From the human T2T-CHM13v2.0 reference genome, Homo sapiens, in NCBI RefSeq assembly GCF_009914755.1, contig NC_060948.1: a stretch of 64,000 nucleotides of DNA; one strand, 5' to 3'. Below, piece by piece: positions 10,657 through 24,827 of this stretch. Positions within the stretch are counted from its first letter, which is position 1; every line of letters begins with the position of its first letter. Under the pieces are notes generated by a model. The model did no database searches. It saw nothing but the letters and a program-made list of their open reading frames with translations, and was not told the origin of the DNA. Position numbers and translations under genes: made by a program.

Positions 10657-13600
10657 CCTCTAATGGAATGGATTCGAGTGGAATGGAATCGAATATAATG
10701 GAGTCGAATGAAATGGAATTGAAAAGAATGGGATCGAATACAATGGAATATACTGGAATGTAATGAAATGAACTCGAATGTAATTGACTGGAATGGAATG
10801 TACATGAATGGAATGTAATCGAATGGAAAGTAAACCAATGGAATAGAAACTAATGCAATAAAATCGACTCAAATAGAGTAGAATGTAATGGAATGGAGTG
10901 CAGTGCAATGGAATGGAATGGAATGGAATGCAATGGAATGGAATGGAATGGAATGGAATGGAATGGAATGGAATGGTGTGGAATGGATAGTAATGGACTG
11001 GAGTGAAATGGACTGGAAAGGAATGGACTCAAATTGAATGGGCTCGAAAGGAATGGAGTCAAATGGAATGGTCTGGAATGGAATGAACACGAATGTAATG
11101 CAATCCAATAGAATGGAATCGAATGGCATGGAATATAAAGAAATGGAATCGAAGAGAATGGAAACAAATGGAATGGAATTGAGTGGAATGGAATTGAATG
11201 GAATGGGAACGAATGGAGTGAAATTGTATGCAGTAGAAGAGAATAGAATGGAATGCAAGCAAAAGGAAAGGAATGGATTGGAATGGAATGGAATTCATTG
11301 GAATGGAAGGGAATGTAGTGTAATGGACAGGCCTGGAATAAAGTGGAATGCTACGGTCTCGAATGGAATAAAAATGTATGGAATGGAATGCAATGAAACG
11401 GAATCGAATGTCATAGAATGTAATGGAATGCAAAAAAATGGAATCCAAAATCATTGACTGGAAAGGCTGGGTGTCGAAAGGAATTGACTCCAATGGAATG
11501 GAATCGAATGGAATGGAAGTGAATAGAATCGAACTAAATCGAATGGAATGGAATTGATAGGAACGGAATGGAAAGGAATGCAATGATTTGGCATGGAATG
11601 GAATCGAATGGCATCGAATGGAATGGAATGGAATGCAATGGAATGGAATGTATTAGAATGTAATGAACTTTAATGGAATGTACTCGAATGGATTCGACTG
11701 GAATGGAATGTTCTGGAAGTGAATGGACTCCAATGGAATGGATTCAAAAGGAATGGAATCGTACGGAATGGAATCTAATGGAATGGAATTAAATGGAAAT
11801 GAATCAAATTGAATAGCACGGAATTGAATTGAATGGAATGGAATGCAATGGAATCTAATGAAACGGAAAGGAAAGGAATGGAATGGAATGGAATGGGCTG
11901 GAATGGAAAGGAATCGAAACGAATGGAATGGAATCGAACTGAAGAGACTGGAATGGAATGCACTGGAATGGAAGGGAGTGTAATGGAAGGTTCTCGAAAA
12001 AAATGGAATCGAATGGAATGGAATTGAATGGAACGGAATAGAGTCGAATGGAATTGAATGGAATGGAATGGACTAGAGTGAAATGGAATCGAACCACAAG
12101 GAATGGACAGGAATAGAATGGTCTCGAATTGAATGGAATCGTATGGAATGGCATCAAACGGAATGGAATGGACAGCCACGGAATGGAATGCACTCGAATG
12201 CAATGGAGTCGAAACTAATGGACTGGAATAGAATGGACTCGACTGGTACGGACTCCAATGGAATGGAATCGAATGGAAGGGAATCGAACGGAATGGACTC
12301 GAAGGGACAAGACTGCAATGGAAAGGTCTCGAATGGAATGGAAATTAATGGAATGGAATGGAATCGAATGAAATGGAGTCAAAAGGAATGGAATCGAATG
12401 GCAAGAAATCGAATGTAATGGAATCGCAAGGAATTGATGTGAACGGAACGGAATGGAATGGAATCCAAAGGAATGGAATAGAATGGAATGGAATCGAATG
12501 GAAAGGACTCGAATGGAAATCACTCGAATAGAATGCAATTTAATAAAATAGGATCAAATGTAATGGAATGGAATGGAAAGGAATCGAAACGAAAGGAATG
12601 GAGACAGATGGAATGGAATGGAACAGAGAGCAATGGTATAGAATGGAATGGAATCATCTGGAATGGAATTGAATGGAATGGAATAATATGAAATGGAATG
12701 GAATGGAATGGAATGCCCTTGAATTAAATGGACTGGAATGGAATGGACTCGAACAGAGTGGAATGGAAAGTGTTGAGATAGAATGGAATGGACTCGTTTG
12801 GAATGGTCTAGTAGGCAATGCAATCGACTGGCAGGGAATCAAAAGGAATGTAATGGAATGGATTGGACTGGAATGCAATGGACTCGAATAGATTGGAAAC
12901 GGAATGCAAAGGAATGGAATGGAATAGTATGGAATGGAATGGAAAGGAATGCAGTGGAATAGACTAGAGTGGAATGGAATGGACTGGAAAGCAATGGACT
13001 GGAATGGAACTTTATTGAATGGACTGGAATCAAACGGAATGGAATGCAATGCAATCAAATGGCATGGAATAAAATAGAATGAAAGAGAATCAAATGGAAT
13101 TGAATCGAATGGAATCGAATGGATTGGAAAGGAATAGAATGGAATGGAATGGAATTGACTCAAATGGAATGGACTAGAATGGAATGGATTCGAATGGAAG
13201 GCAAAGGAATGGAATCTATTGGAATGGACTGTAATGGAATGGAATGGAAGGGATTGGAATGGACTCGAATGGAATGGACTGCAATAGAAAGGATTCGAAT
13301 GGAATGAAAAAGAATTGAATGGAATAGAACAGAATGGAATCAAATCGAATGAAATGGAATGGAATAGAAAGGAATGGAATGAAATGGAATGGAAAGGATT
13401 CGAATGGAATGCAATCGAATGGAATGGAATCGAACGGAATGGAATAAAATGGAAGAAAACTGGCAAGAAATGGAATCGAAATGAATGGAGTGTTATGGAA
13501 CGGACTCAAAAGGAATTGAATGTAATAGAATGGAGTGGAGTGGACTCGAATATAATGGACTGGAATGGAATGAAATCACATGGAATGGGAACGAATGGAA

Positions 13601-14190
13601 TGGAATGGAAAGGAATGGAATCGAATGGAAAGGAATCGAATGGAAGGGAATGAAATTGAATCAACAGGAATGGAAGGGAATAGAATAGACGGTAATGGAA
13701 TGGACTCGAATAGAATGGACACGAATGCTCAAATTGAATGGACTCGAATGGAATGGAAACGAAAGGAATGTCATCGAATGGAATTGAATCGATTGGAATG
13801 AAATCGCATAGAATGGAGTGGAATCAAATGGAATTGAATCGAAAGGAAAGGAAGCGAATGGACTGAAATGAAATGGAATGGAATTGAATGGAAAGTAATG
13901 CAATGGAATAGAATGGAACGAAATTTCACGGAATGGAATCAAACTGAATGGAATCAAACCAATGGAATCAAATCAAATGGAATGGAAAGGAATTGAATGG
14001 AGTAGATTGGATTGGATGGGATTGGAATGAAATGTACTGGAAAGGACTCGAATTTCATGAAACGGAATGGAATGAATTGGAACGGAACGGACTCGAATGG
14101 AATGGAATGTCATGGAATGGCATCAAATGGAATGGAATCGAATGCAATGGAATGCTATGGAATGGAATGGAATGCATTTTAATGGAATGT
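10657..14190 (+). repeat. DYZ1 unit 4 (3534 bp); counterpart of unit 17
   Basis: Landmark spacing; markers taaaccaat and caagcaaaag shared with unit 17; 15-bp deletion near 14120. Confidence 0.93.
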
Positions 14191-17100
14191 CCTCTAATGG
14201 AATGGATTCGAGTGGAATGGAATCGAATATAATGGAGTCGAATGAAATGGAATTGAAAGGAATGGGATCGAATACAATGGAATATACTGGAATGTAATGT
14301 AATGAACTCGAATGTAATTGACTGGAATGGAATGTACATGAATGGAATGTAATCGAATGGAAAGTAATCCAATGGAATAGAATCTAATGCAATAAAATCG
14401 ACTCAGATAGAGTAGAATGTAATGGAATGGAGTGCAGTGCAATGGAATGGAATGGAATGCAATGGAATGGAATGGAATGGAATGGAATGGAATGGAATGG
14501 AATGGTGTGGAATGGATAGTAATGGACTGGAGTGAAATGGACTGGAAAGGAATGGACTCAAATTGAATGGGCTCGAAAGGAATGGAGTCAAATGGAATGG
14601 TCTGGAATGGAATGAACACGAATGTAATGCAATCCAATAGAATGGAATCGAATGGCATGGAATATAAAGAAATGGAATCGAAGAGAATGGAAACAAATGG
14701 AATGGAATTGAATGGAATGGAATTGAATGGAATGGGAAGGAATGGAGTGAAATTGTATGCAGTAGAAGAGAATAGAATGGAATGCAAGTGAAAGGAAAGG
14801 AATGGATTGGAATGGAATGGAATTCATTGGAATGGAAGGGAATGTAGTGTAATGGACAGGCCTGGAATAAAGTGGAATGCTACGGTCTCGAATGGTATAA
14901 AAATGTATGGAATGGAATGCAATGAAACGGAATCGAATGTCATAGAATGTAATGGAATGCAAAAAAATGGAATCCAAAATCATTGACTGGAAAGGCTGGG
15001 TGTCGAAAGGAATTGACTCCAATGGAATGGAATCGAATGGAATGGAAGTGAATAGAATCGAACTAAATCGAATGGAATGGAATTGATAGGAACGGAATGG
15101 AAAGGAATGCAATGATTTGGCATGGAATGGAATCGAATGGCATCGAATGGAATGGAATGGAATGCAATGGAATGGAATGTATTAGAATGTAATGAACTTT
15201 AATGGAATGTACTCGAATGGATTCGACTGGAATGGAATGTTCTGGAAGTGAATGGACTCCAATGGAATGGATTCCAAAGGAATGGAATCGTACGGAATGG
15301 AATCTAATGGAATGGAATTAAATGGAAATGAATCAAATTGAATAGCACGGAATTGAATTGAATGGAATGGAATGCAATGGAATCTAATGAAACGGAAAGG
15401 AAAGGAATGGAATGGAATGGAATGGGCTGGAATGGAAAGGAATCGAAACGAATGCAATGGAATCGAACTGAAGAGACTGGAATGGAATGCACTGGAATGG
15501 AAGGGAGTGTAATGGAAGGTTCTCGAAAAAAATGGAATGGAATGGAATGGAATTGAATGGAACGGAATAGAGTCGAATGGAATTGAATGGAATGGAATGG
15601 ACTAGAGTGAAATGGAATCGAACCACAAGGAATGGACAGGAATAGAATGGTCTCGAATTGAATGGAATCGTATGGAATGGCATCAAACGGAATGGAATGG
15701 ACAGCCACGGAATGGAATGCACTCGAATGCAATGGAGTCGAAACTAATGGACTGGAATAGAATGGACTCGACTGGTACGGACTCCAATGGAATGGAATCG
15801 AATGGAAGGGAATCGAACGGAATGGACTCGAAGGGAAAAGACTGCAATGGAAAGGTCTCGAATGGAATGGAAATTAATGGAATGGAATGGAATCGAATGA
15901 AATGGAGTCAAAAGGAATGGAATCGAATGGCAAGAAATCGAATGTAATGGAATCGCAAGGAATTGATGTGAACGGAACGGAATGGAATGGAATCCAAAGG
16001 AATGGAATAGAATGGAATGGAATCGAATGGAAAGGACTCGAATGGAAATCACTCGAATAGAATGCAATTTAATAAAATAGGATCAAATGTAATGGAATGG
16101 AATGGAAAGGAATCGAAACGAAAGGAATGGAGACAGATGGAATGGAATGGAACAGAGAGCAATGGTATAGAATGGAATGGAATCATCTGGAATGGAATTG
16201 AATGGAATGGAATAATATGAAATGGAATGGAATGGAATGGAATGCCCTTGAATTAAATGGACTGGAATGGAATGGACTCGAACAGAGTGGAATGGAAAGT
16301 GTTGAGATAGAATGGAATGGACTCGTTTGGAATGGTCTAGTAGGCAATGCAATCGACTGGCAGGGAATCAAAAGGAATGTAATGGAATGGATTGGACTGG
16401 AATGCAATGGACTCGAATAGATTGGAAACGGAATGCAAAGGAATGGAATGGAATAGTATGGAATGGAATGGAAAGGAATGCAGTGGAATAGACTAGAGTG
16501 GAATGGAATGGACTGGAAAGCAATGGACTGGAATGGAACTTTATTGAATGGACTGGAATCAAACGGAATGGAATGCAATGCAATCAAATGGCATGGAATA
16601 AAATAGAATGAAAGAGAATCAAATGGAATTGAATCGAATGGAATCGAATGGATTGGAAAGGAATAGAATGGAATGGAATGGAATTGACTCAAATGGAATG
16701 GACTAGAATGGAATGGATTCGAATGGAAGGCAAAGGAATGGAATCTATTGGAATGGACTGTAATGGAATGGAATGGAAGGGATTGGAATGGACTCGAATG
16801 GAATGGACTGCAATAGAAAGGATTCGAATGGAATGAAAAAGAATTGAATGGAATAGAACAGAATGGAATCAAATCGAATGAAATGGAATGGAATAGAAAG
16901 GAATGGAATGAAATGGAATGGAAAGGATTCGAATGGAATGCAATCGAATGGAATGGAATCGAACGGAATGGAATAAAATGGAAGAAAACTGGCAAGAAAT
17001 GGAATCGAAATGAATGGAGTGTTATGGAACGGACTCAAAAGGAATTGAATGTAATAGAATGGAGTGGAGTGGACTCGAATATAATGGACTGGAATGGAAT

Positions 17101-17734
17101 GAAATCACATGGAATGGGAACGAATGGAATGGAATGGAAAGGAATGGAATCGAATGGAAAGGAATCGAATGGAAGGGAATGAAATTGAATCAACAGGAAT
17201 GGAAGGGAATAGAATAGACGGTAATGGAATGGACTCGAATAGAATGGACACGAATGCTCAAATTGAATGGACTCGAATGGAATGGAAACGAAAGGAATGT
17301 CATCGAATGGAATTGAATCGATTGGAATGAAATCGCATAGAATGGAGTGGAATCAAATGGAATTGAATCGAAAGGAAAGGAAGCGAATGGACTGAAATGA
17401 AATGGAATGGAATTGAATGGAAAGTAATGCAATGGAATAGAATGGAACGAAATTTCACGGAATGGAATCAAACTGAATGGAATCAAACCAATGGAATCAA
17501 ATCAAATGGAATGGAAAGGAATTGAATGGAGTAGATTGGATTGGATGGGATTGGAATGAAATGTACTGGAAAGGACTCGAATTTCATGAAACGGAATGGA
17601 ATGAATTGGAACGGAACGGACTCGAATGGAATGGAATGTCATGGAATGGCATCAAATGGAATGGCATCAAATGGAATGGAATCGAATGCAATGGAATGCT
17701 ATGGAATGGAATGGAATGCATTTTAATGGAATGT
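14191..17734 (+). repeat. DYZ1 unit 5 (3544 bp)
   Basis: Landmark spacing; near-identical to unit 6. Confidence 0.93.
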
Positions 17735-20700
17735 CCTCTAATGGAATGGATTCGAGTGGAATGGAATCGAATATAATGGAGTCGAATGAAATGGAATTGA
17801 AAGGAATGGGATCGAATACAATGGAATATACTGGAATGTAATGTAATGAACTCGAATGTAATTGACTGGAATGGAATGTACATGAATGGAATGTAATCGA
17901 ATGGAAAGTAATCCAATGGAATAGAATCTAATGCAATAAAATCGACTCAGATAGAGTAGAATGTAATGGAATGGAGTGCAGTGCAATGGAATGGAATGGA
18001 ATGCAATGGAATGGAATGGAATGGAATGGAATGGAATGGAATGGAATGGTGTGGAATGGATAGTAATGGACTGGAGTGAAATGGACTGGAAAGGAATGGA
18101 CTCAAATTGAATGGGCTCGAAAGGAATGGAGTCAAATGGAATGGTCTGGAATGGAATGAACACGAATGTAATGCAATCCAATAGAATGGAATCGAATGGC
18201 ATGGAATATAAAGAAATGGAATCGAAGAGAATGGAAACAAATGGAATGGAATTGAATGGAATGGAATTGAATGGAATGGGAAGGAATGGAGTGAAATTGT
18301 ATGCAGTAGAAGAGAATAGAATGGAATGCAAGTGAAAGGAAAGGAATGGATTGGAATGGAATGGAATTCATTGGAATGGAAGGGAATGTAGTGTAATGGA
18401 CAGGCCTGGAATAAAGTGGAATGCTACGGTCTCGAATGGTATAAAAATGTATGGAATGGAATGCAATGAAACGGAATCGAATGTCATAGAATGTAATGGA
18501 ATGCAAAAAAATGGAATCCAAAATCATTGACTGGAAAGGCTGGGTGTCGAAAGGAATTGACTCCAATGGAATGGAATCGAATGGAATGGAAGTGAATAGA
18601 ATCGAACTAAATCGAATGGAATGGAATTGATAGGAACGGAATGGAAAGGAATGCAATGATTTGGCATGGAATGGAATCGAATGGCATCGAATGGAATGGA
18701 ATGGAATGCAATGGAATGGAATGTATTAGAATGTAATGAACTTTAATGGAATGTACTCGAATGGATTCGACTGGAATGGAATGTTCTGGAAGTGAATGGA
18801 CTCCAATGGAATGGATTCCAAAGGAATGGAATCGTACGGAATGGAATCTAATGGAATGGAATTAAATGGAAATGAATCAAATTGAATAGCACGGAATTGA
18901 ATTGAATGGAATGGAATGCAATGGAATCTAATGAAACGGAAAGGAAAGGAATGGAATGGAATGGAATGGGCTGGAATGGAAAGGAATCGAAACGAATGCA
19001 ATGGAATCGAACTGAAGAGACTGGAATGGAATGCACTGGAATGGAAGGGAGTGTAATGGAAGGTTCTCGAAAAAAATGGAATGGAATGGAATGGAATTGA
19101 ATGGAACGGAATAGAGTCGAATGGAATTGAATGGAATGGAATGGACTAGAGTGAAATGGAATCGAACCACAAGGAATGGACAGGAATAGAATGGTCTCGA
19201 ATTGAATGGAATCGTATGGAATGGCATCAAACGGAATGGAATGGACAGCCACGGAATGGAATGCACTCGAATGCAATGGAGTCGAAACTAATGGACTGGA
19301 ATAGAATGGACTCGACTGGTACGGACTCCAATGGAATGGAATCGAATGGAAGGGAATCGAACGGAATGGACTCGAAGGGAAAAGACTGCAATGGAAAGGT
19401 CTCGAATGGAATGGAAATTAATGGAATGGAATGGAATCGAATGAAATGGAGTCAAAAGGAATGGAATCGAATGGCAAGAAATCGAATGTAATGGAATCGC
19501 AAGGAATTGATGTGAACGGAACGGAATGGAATGGAATCCAAAGGAATGGAATAGAATGGAATGGAATCGAATGGAAAGGACTCGAATGGAAATCACTCGA
19601 ATAGAATGCAATTTAATAAAATAGGATCAAATGTAATGGAATGGAATGGAAAGGAATCGAAACGAAAGGAATGGAGACAGATGGAATGGAATGGAACAGA
19701 GAGCAATGGTATAGAATGGAATGGAATCATCTGGAATGGAATTGAATGGAATGGAATAATATGAAATGGAATGGAATGGAATGGAATGCCCTTGAATTAA
19801 ATGGACTGGAATGGAATGGACTCGAACAGAGTGGAATGGAAAGTGTTGAGATAGAATGGAATGGACTCGTTTGGAATGGTCTAGTAGGCAATGCAATCGA
19901 CTGGCAGGGAATCAAAAGGAATGTAATGGAATGGATTGGACTGGAATGCAATGGACTCGAATAGATTGGAAACGGAATGCAAAGGAATGGAATGGAATAG
20001 TATGGAATGGAATGGAAAGGAATGCAGTGGAATAGACTAGAGTGGAATGGAATGGACTGGAAAGCAATGGACTGGAATGGAACTTTATTGAATGGACTGG
20101 AATCAAACGGAATGGAATGCAATGCAATCAAATGGCATGGAATAAAATAGAATGAAAGAGAATCAAATGGAATTGAATCGAATGGAATCGAATGGATTGG
20201 AAAGGAATAGAATGGAATGGAATGGAATTGACTCAAATGGAATGGACTAGAATGGAATGGATTCGAATGGAAGGCAAAGGAATGGAATCTATTGGAATGG
20301 ACTGTAATGGAATGGAATGGAAGGGATTGGAATGGACTCGAATGGAATGGACTGCAATAGAAAGGATTCGAATGGAATGAAAAAGAATTGAATGGAATAG
20401 AACAGAATGGAATCAAATCGAATGAAATGGAATGGAATAGAAAGGAATGGAATGAAATGGAATGGAAAGGATTCGAATGGAATGCAATCGAATGGAATGG
20501 AATCGAACGGAATGGAATAAAATGGAAGAAAACTGGCAAGAAATGGAATCGAAATGAATGGAGTGTTATGGAACGGACTCAAAAGGAATTGAATGTAATA
20601 GAATGGAGTGGAGTGGACTCGAATATAATGGACTGGAATGGAATGAAATCACATGGAATGGGAACGAATGGAATGGAATGGAAAGGAATGGAATCGAATG

Positions 20701-21278
20701 GAAAGGAATCGAATGGAAGGGAATGAAATTGAATCAACAGGAATGGAAGGGAATAGAATAGACGGTAATGGAATGGACTCGAATAGAATGGACACGAATG
20801 CTCAAATTGAATGGACTCGAATGGAATGGAAACGAAAGGAATGTCATCGAATGGAATTGAATCGATTGGAATGAAATCGCATAGAATGGAGTGGAATCAA
20901 ATGGAATTGAATCGAAAGGAAAGGAAGCGAATGGACTGAAATGAAATGGAATGGAATTGAATGGAAAGTAATGCAATGGAATAGAATGGAACGAAATTTC
21001 ACGGAATGGAATCAAACTGAATGGAATCAAACCAATGGAATCAAATCAAATGGAATGGAAAGGAATTGAATGGAGTAGATTGGATTGGATGGGATTGGAA
21101 TGAAATGTACTGGAAAGGACTCGAATTTCATGAAACGGAATGGAATGAATTGGAACGGAACGGACTCGAATGGAATGGAATGTCATGGAATGGCATCAAA
21201 TGGAATGGCATCAAATGGAATGGAATCGAATGCAATGGAATGCTATGGAATGGAATGGAATGCATTTTAATGGAATGT
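17735..21278 (+). repeat. DYZ1 unit 6 (3544 bp)
   Basis: ORF track repeats unit 5 at an exact +3544 offset. Confidence 0.93.
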
Positions 21279-24200
21279 CCTCTAATGGAATGGATTCGAG
21301 TGGAATGGAATCGAATATAATGGAGTCGAATGAAATGGAATTGAAAGGAATGGGATCGAATACAATGGAATATACTGGAATGTAATGTAATGAACTCGAA
21401 TGTAATTGACTGGAATGGAATGTACATGAATGGAATGTAATCGAATGGAAAGTAATCCAATGGAATAGAATCTAATGCAATAAAATCGACTCAGATAGAG
21501 TAGAATGTAATGGAATGGAGTGCAGTGCAATGGAATCGAATGGAATGGAATGCAATGGAATGGAATGGAATGGAATGGAATGGAATGGAATGGTGTGGAA
21601 TGGATAGTAATGGACTGGAGTGAAATGGACTGGAAAGGAATGGACTCAAATTGAATGGGCTCGAAAGGAATGGAGTCAAATGGAATGGTCTGGAATGGAA
21701 TGAACACGAATGTAATGCAATCCAATAGAATGGAATCGAATGGCATGGAATATAAAGAAATGGAATCGAAGAGAATGGAAACAAATGGAATGGAATTGAG
21801 TGGAATGGAATTGAATGGAATGGGAACGAATGGAGTGAAATTGTATGCAGTAGAAGAGAATAGAATGGAATGCAAGCGAAAGGAAAGGAATGGATTGGAA
21901 TGGAATGGAATTCATTGGAATGGAAGGGAATGTAGTGTAATGGACAGGCCTGGAATAAAGTGGAATGCTACGGTCTCGAATGGAATAAAAATGTATGGAA
22001 TGGAATGCAATGAAACGGAATCGAATGTCATAGAATGTAATGGAATGCAAAAAAATGGAATCCAAAATCATTGACTGGAAAGGCTGGGTGTCGAAAGGAA
22101 TTGACTCCAATGGAATGGAATCGAATGGAATGGAAGTGAATAGAATCGAACTAAATCGAATGGAATGGAATTGATAGCAACGGAATGGAAAGGAATGCAA
22201 TGATTTGGCATGGAATGGAATCGAATGGCATCGAATGGAATGGAATGGAATGCAATGGAATGGAATGTATTAGAATGTAATGAACTTTAATGGAATGTAC
22301 TCGAATGGATTCGACTGGAATGGAATGTTCTGGAAGTGAATGGACTCCAATGGAATGGATTCAAAAGGAATGGAATCGTACGGAATGGAATCTAATGGAA
22401 TGGAATTAAATGGAAATGAATCAAATTGAATAGCACGGAATTGAATTGAATGGAATGGAATGCAATGGAATCTAATGAAACGGAAAGGAAAGGAATGGAA
22501 TGGAATGGAATGGGCTGGAATGGAAAGGAATCGAAACGAATGGAATGGAATCGAACTGAAGAGACTGGAATGGAATGCACTGGAATGGAAGGGAGTGTAA
22601 TGGAAGGTTCTCGAAAAAAATGGAATGGAATGGAATGGAATTGAATGGAACGGAATAGAGTCGAATGGAATTGAATGGAATGGAATGGACTAGAGTGAAA
22701 TGGAATCGAACCACAAGGAATGGACAGGAATAGAATGGTCTCGAATTGAATGGAATCGTATGGAATGGCATCAAACGGAATGGAATGGACAGCCACGGAA
22801 TAGAATGCACTCGAATGCAATGGAGTCGAAACTAATGGACTGGAATAGAATGGACTCGACTGGTACGGACTCCAATGGAATGGAATCGAATGGAAGGGAA
22901 TCGAACGGAATGGACTCGAAGGGACAAGACTGCAATGGAAAGGTCTCGAATGGAATGGAAATTAATGGAATGGAATGGAATCGAATGAAATGGAGTCAAA
23001 ATGAATGGAATCGAATGGCAAGAAATCGAATGTAATGGAATCGCAAGGAATTGATGTGAACGGAACGGAATGGAATGGAATCCAAAGGAATGGAATAGAA
23101 TGGAATGGAATCGAATGGAAAGGACTCGAATGGAAATCACTCGAATAGAATGCAATTTAATAAAATAGGATCAAATGTAATGGAATGGAATGGAAAGGAA
23201 TCGAAACGAAAGGAATGGAGACAGATGGAATGGAATGGAACAGAGAGCAATGGTATAGAATGGAATGGAATCATCTGGAATGGAATTGAATGGAATGGAA
23301 TAATATGAAATGGAATGGAATGGAATGGAATGGAATGCCCTTGAATTAAATGGACTGGAATGGAATGGACTCGAACAGAGTGGAATGGAAAGTGTTGAGA
23401 TAGAATGGAATGGACTCCTTTGGAATGGTCTAGTAGGCAATGCAATCGACTGGTAGGGAATCAAAAGGAATGTAATCGAATGGATTGGACTGGAATGCAA
23501 TGGACTCGAATAGATTGGAAACGGAATGCAAAGGAATGGAATGGAATAGTATGGAATGGAATGGAAAGGAATGGAGTGGAATAGACTAGAGTGGAATGGA
23601 ATGGACTGGAAAGCAATGGACTGGAATGGAACTTTCTTGAATGGACTGGAATCAAACGGAATGGAATGCAATGCAATCAAATGGCATGGAATAAAATAGA
23701 ATGAAAGAGAATCAAATGGAATTGAATCGAATGGAATCGAATGGATTGGAAAGGAATAGAATGGAATGGAATGGAATTGACTCAAATGGAATGGACTAGA
23801 ATGGAATGGATTCGAATGGAAGGCAAAGGAATGGAATCTATTGGAATGGACTGGAATGGAATGGAATGGAAGGGATTGGAATGGACTCGAATGGAATGGA
23901 CTGCAATAGAAAGGATTCGAATGGAATGAAAAAGAATTGAATGGAATAGAACAGAATGGAATCAAATCGAATGAAATGGAATGGAATAGAAAGGAATGGA
24001 ATGAAATGGAATGGAAAGGATTCGAATGGAATGCAATCGAATGGAATGGAATCGAACGGAATGGAATAAAATGGAAGAAAACTGGCAAGAAATGGAATCG
24101 AAATGAATGGAGTGTTATGGAACGGACTCAAAAGGAATTGAATGTAATAGAATGGAGTGGAGTGGACTCGAATATAATGGACTGGAATGGAATGAAATCA

Positions 24201-24827
24201 CATGGAATGGGAACGAATGGAATGGAATGGAAAGGAATGGAATCGAATGGAAAGGAATCGAATGGAAGGGAATGAAATTGAATCAACAGGAATGGAAGGG
24301 AATAGAATAGACGGTAATGGAATGGACTCGAATAGAATGGACACGAATGCTCAAATTGAATGGACTCGAATGGAATGGAAACGAAAGGAATGTCATCGAA
24401 TGGAATTGAATCGATAGGAATGAAATCGCATAGAATGGAGTGGAATCAAATGGAATTGAATCGAAAGGAAAGGAAGCGAATGGACTGAAATGAAATGGAA
24501 TGGAATTGAATGGAAAGTAATGCAATGGAATAGAATGGAACGAAATTTCACGGAATGGAATCAAACTGAATGGAATCAAATCAATGGAATCTAATCAAAT
24601 GGAATGGAAAGGAATTGAATGGAGTAGATTGGATTGGATGGGATTGGAATGAAATGTACTGGAAAGGACTCGAATTTCATGAAACGGAATGGAATGAATT
24701 GGAACGGAATGGACTCGAATGGAATGGAATGTCATGGAATGGCATCAAATGGAATGGCATCAAATGGAATGGAATCGAATGCAATGGAATGCTATGGATT
24801 GGAATGGAATGCATTGGAATGGAACGT
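21279..24827 (+). repeat. DYZ1 unit 7 (3549 bp)
   Basis: Landmark spacing. Confidence 0.93.
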
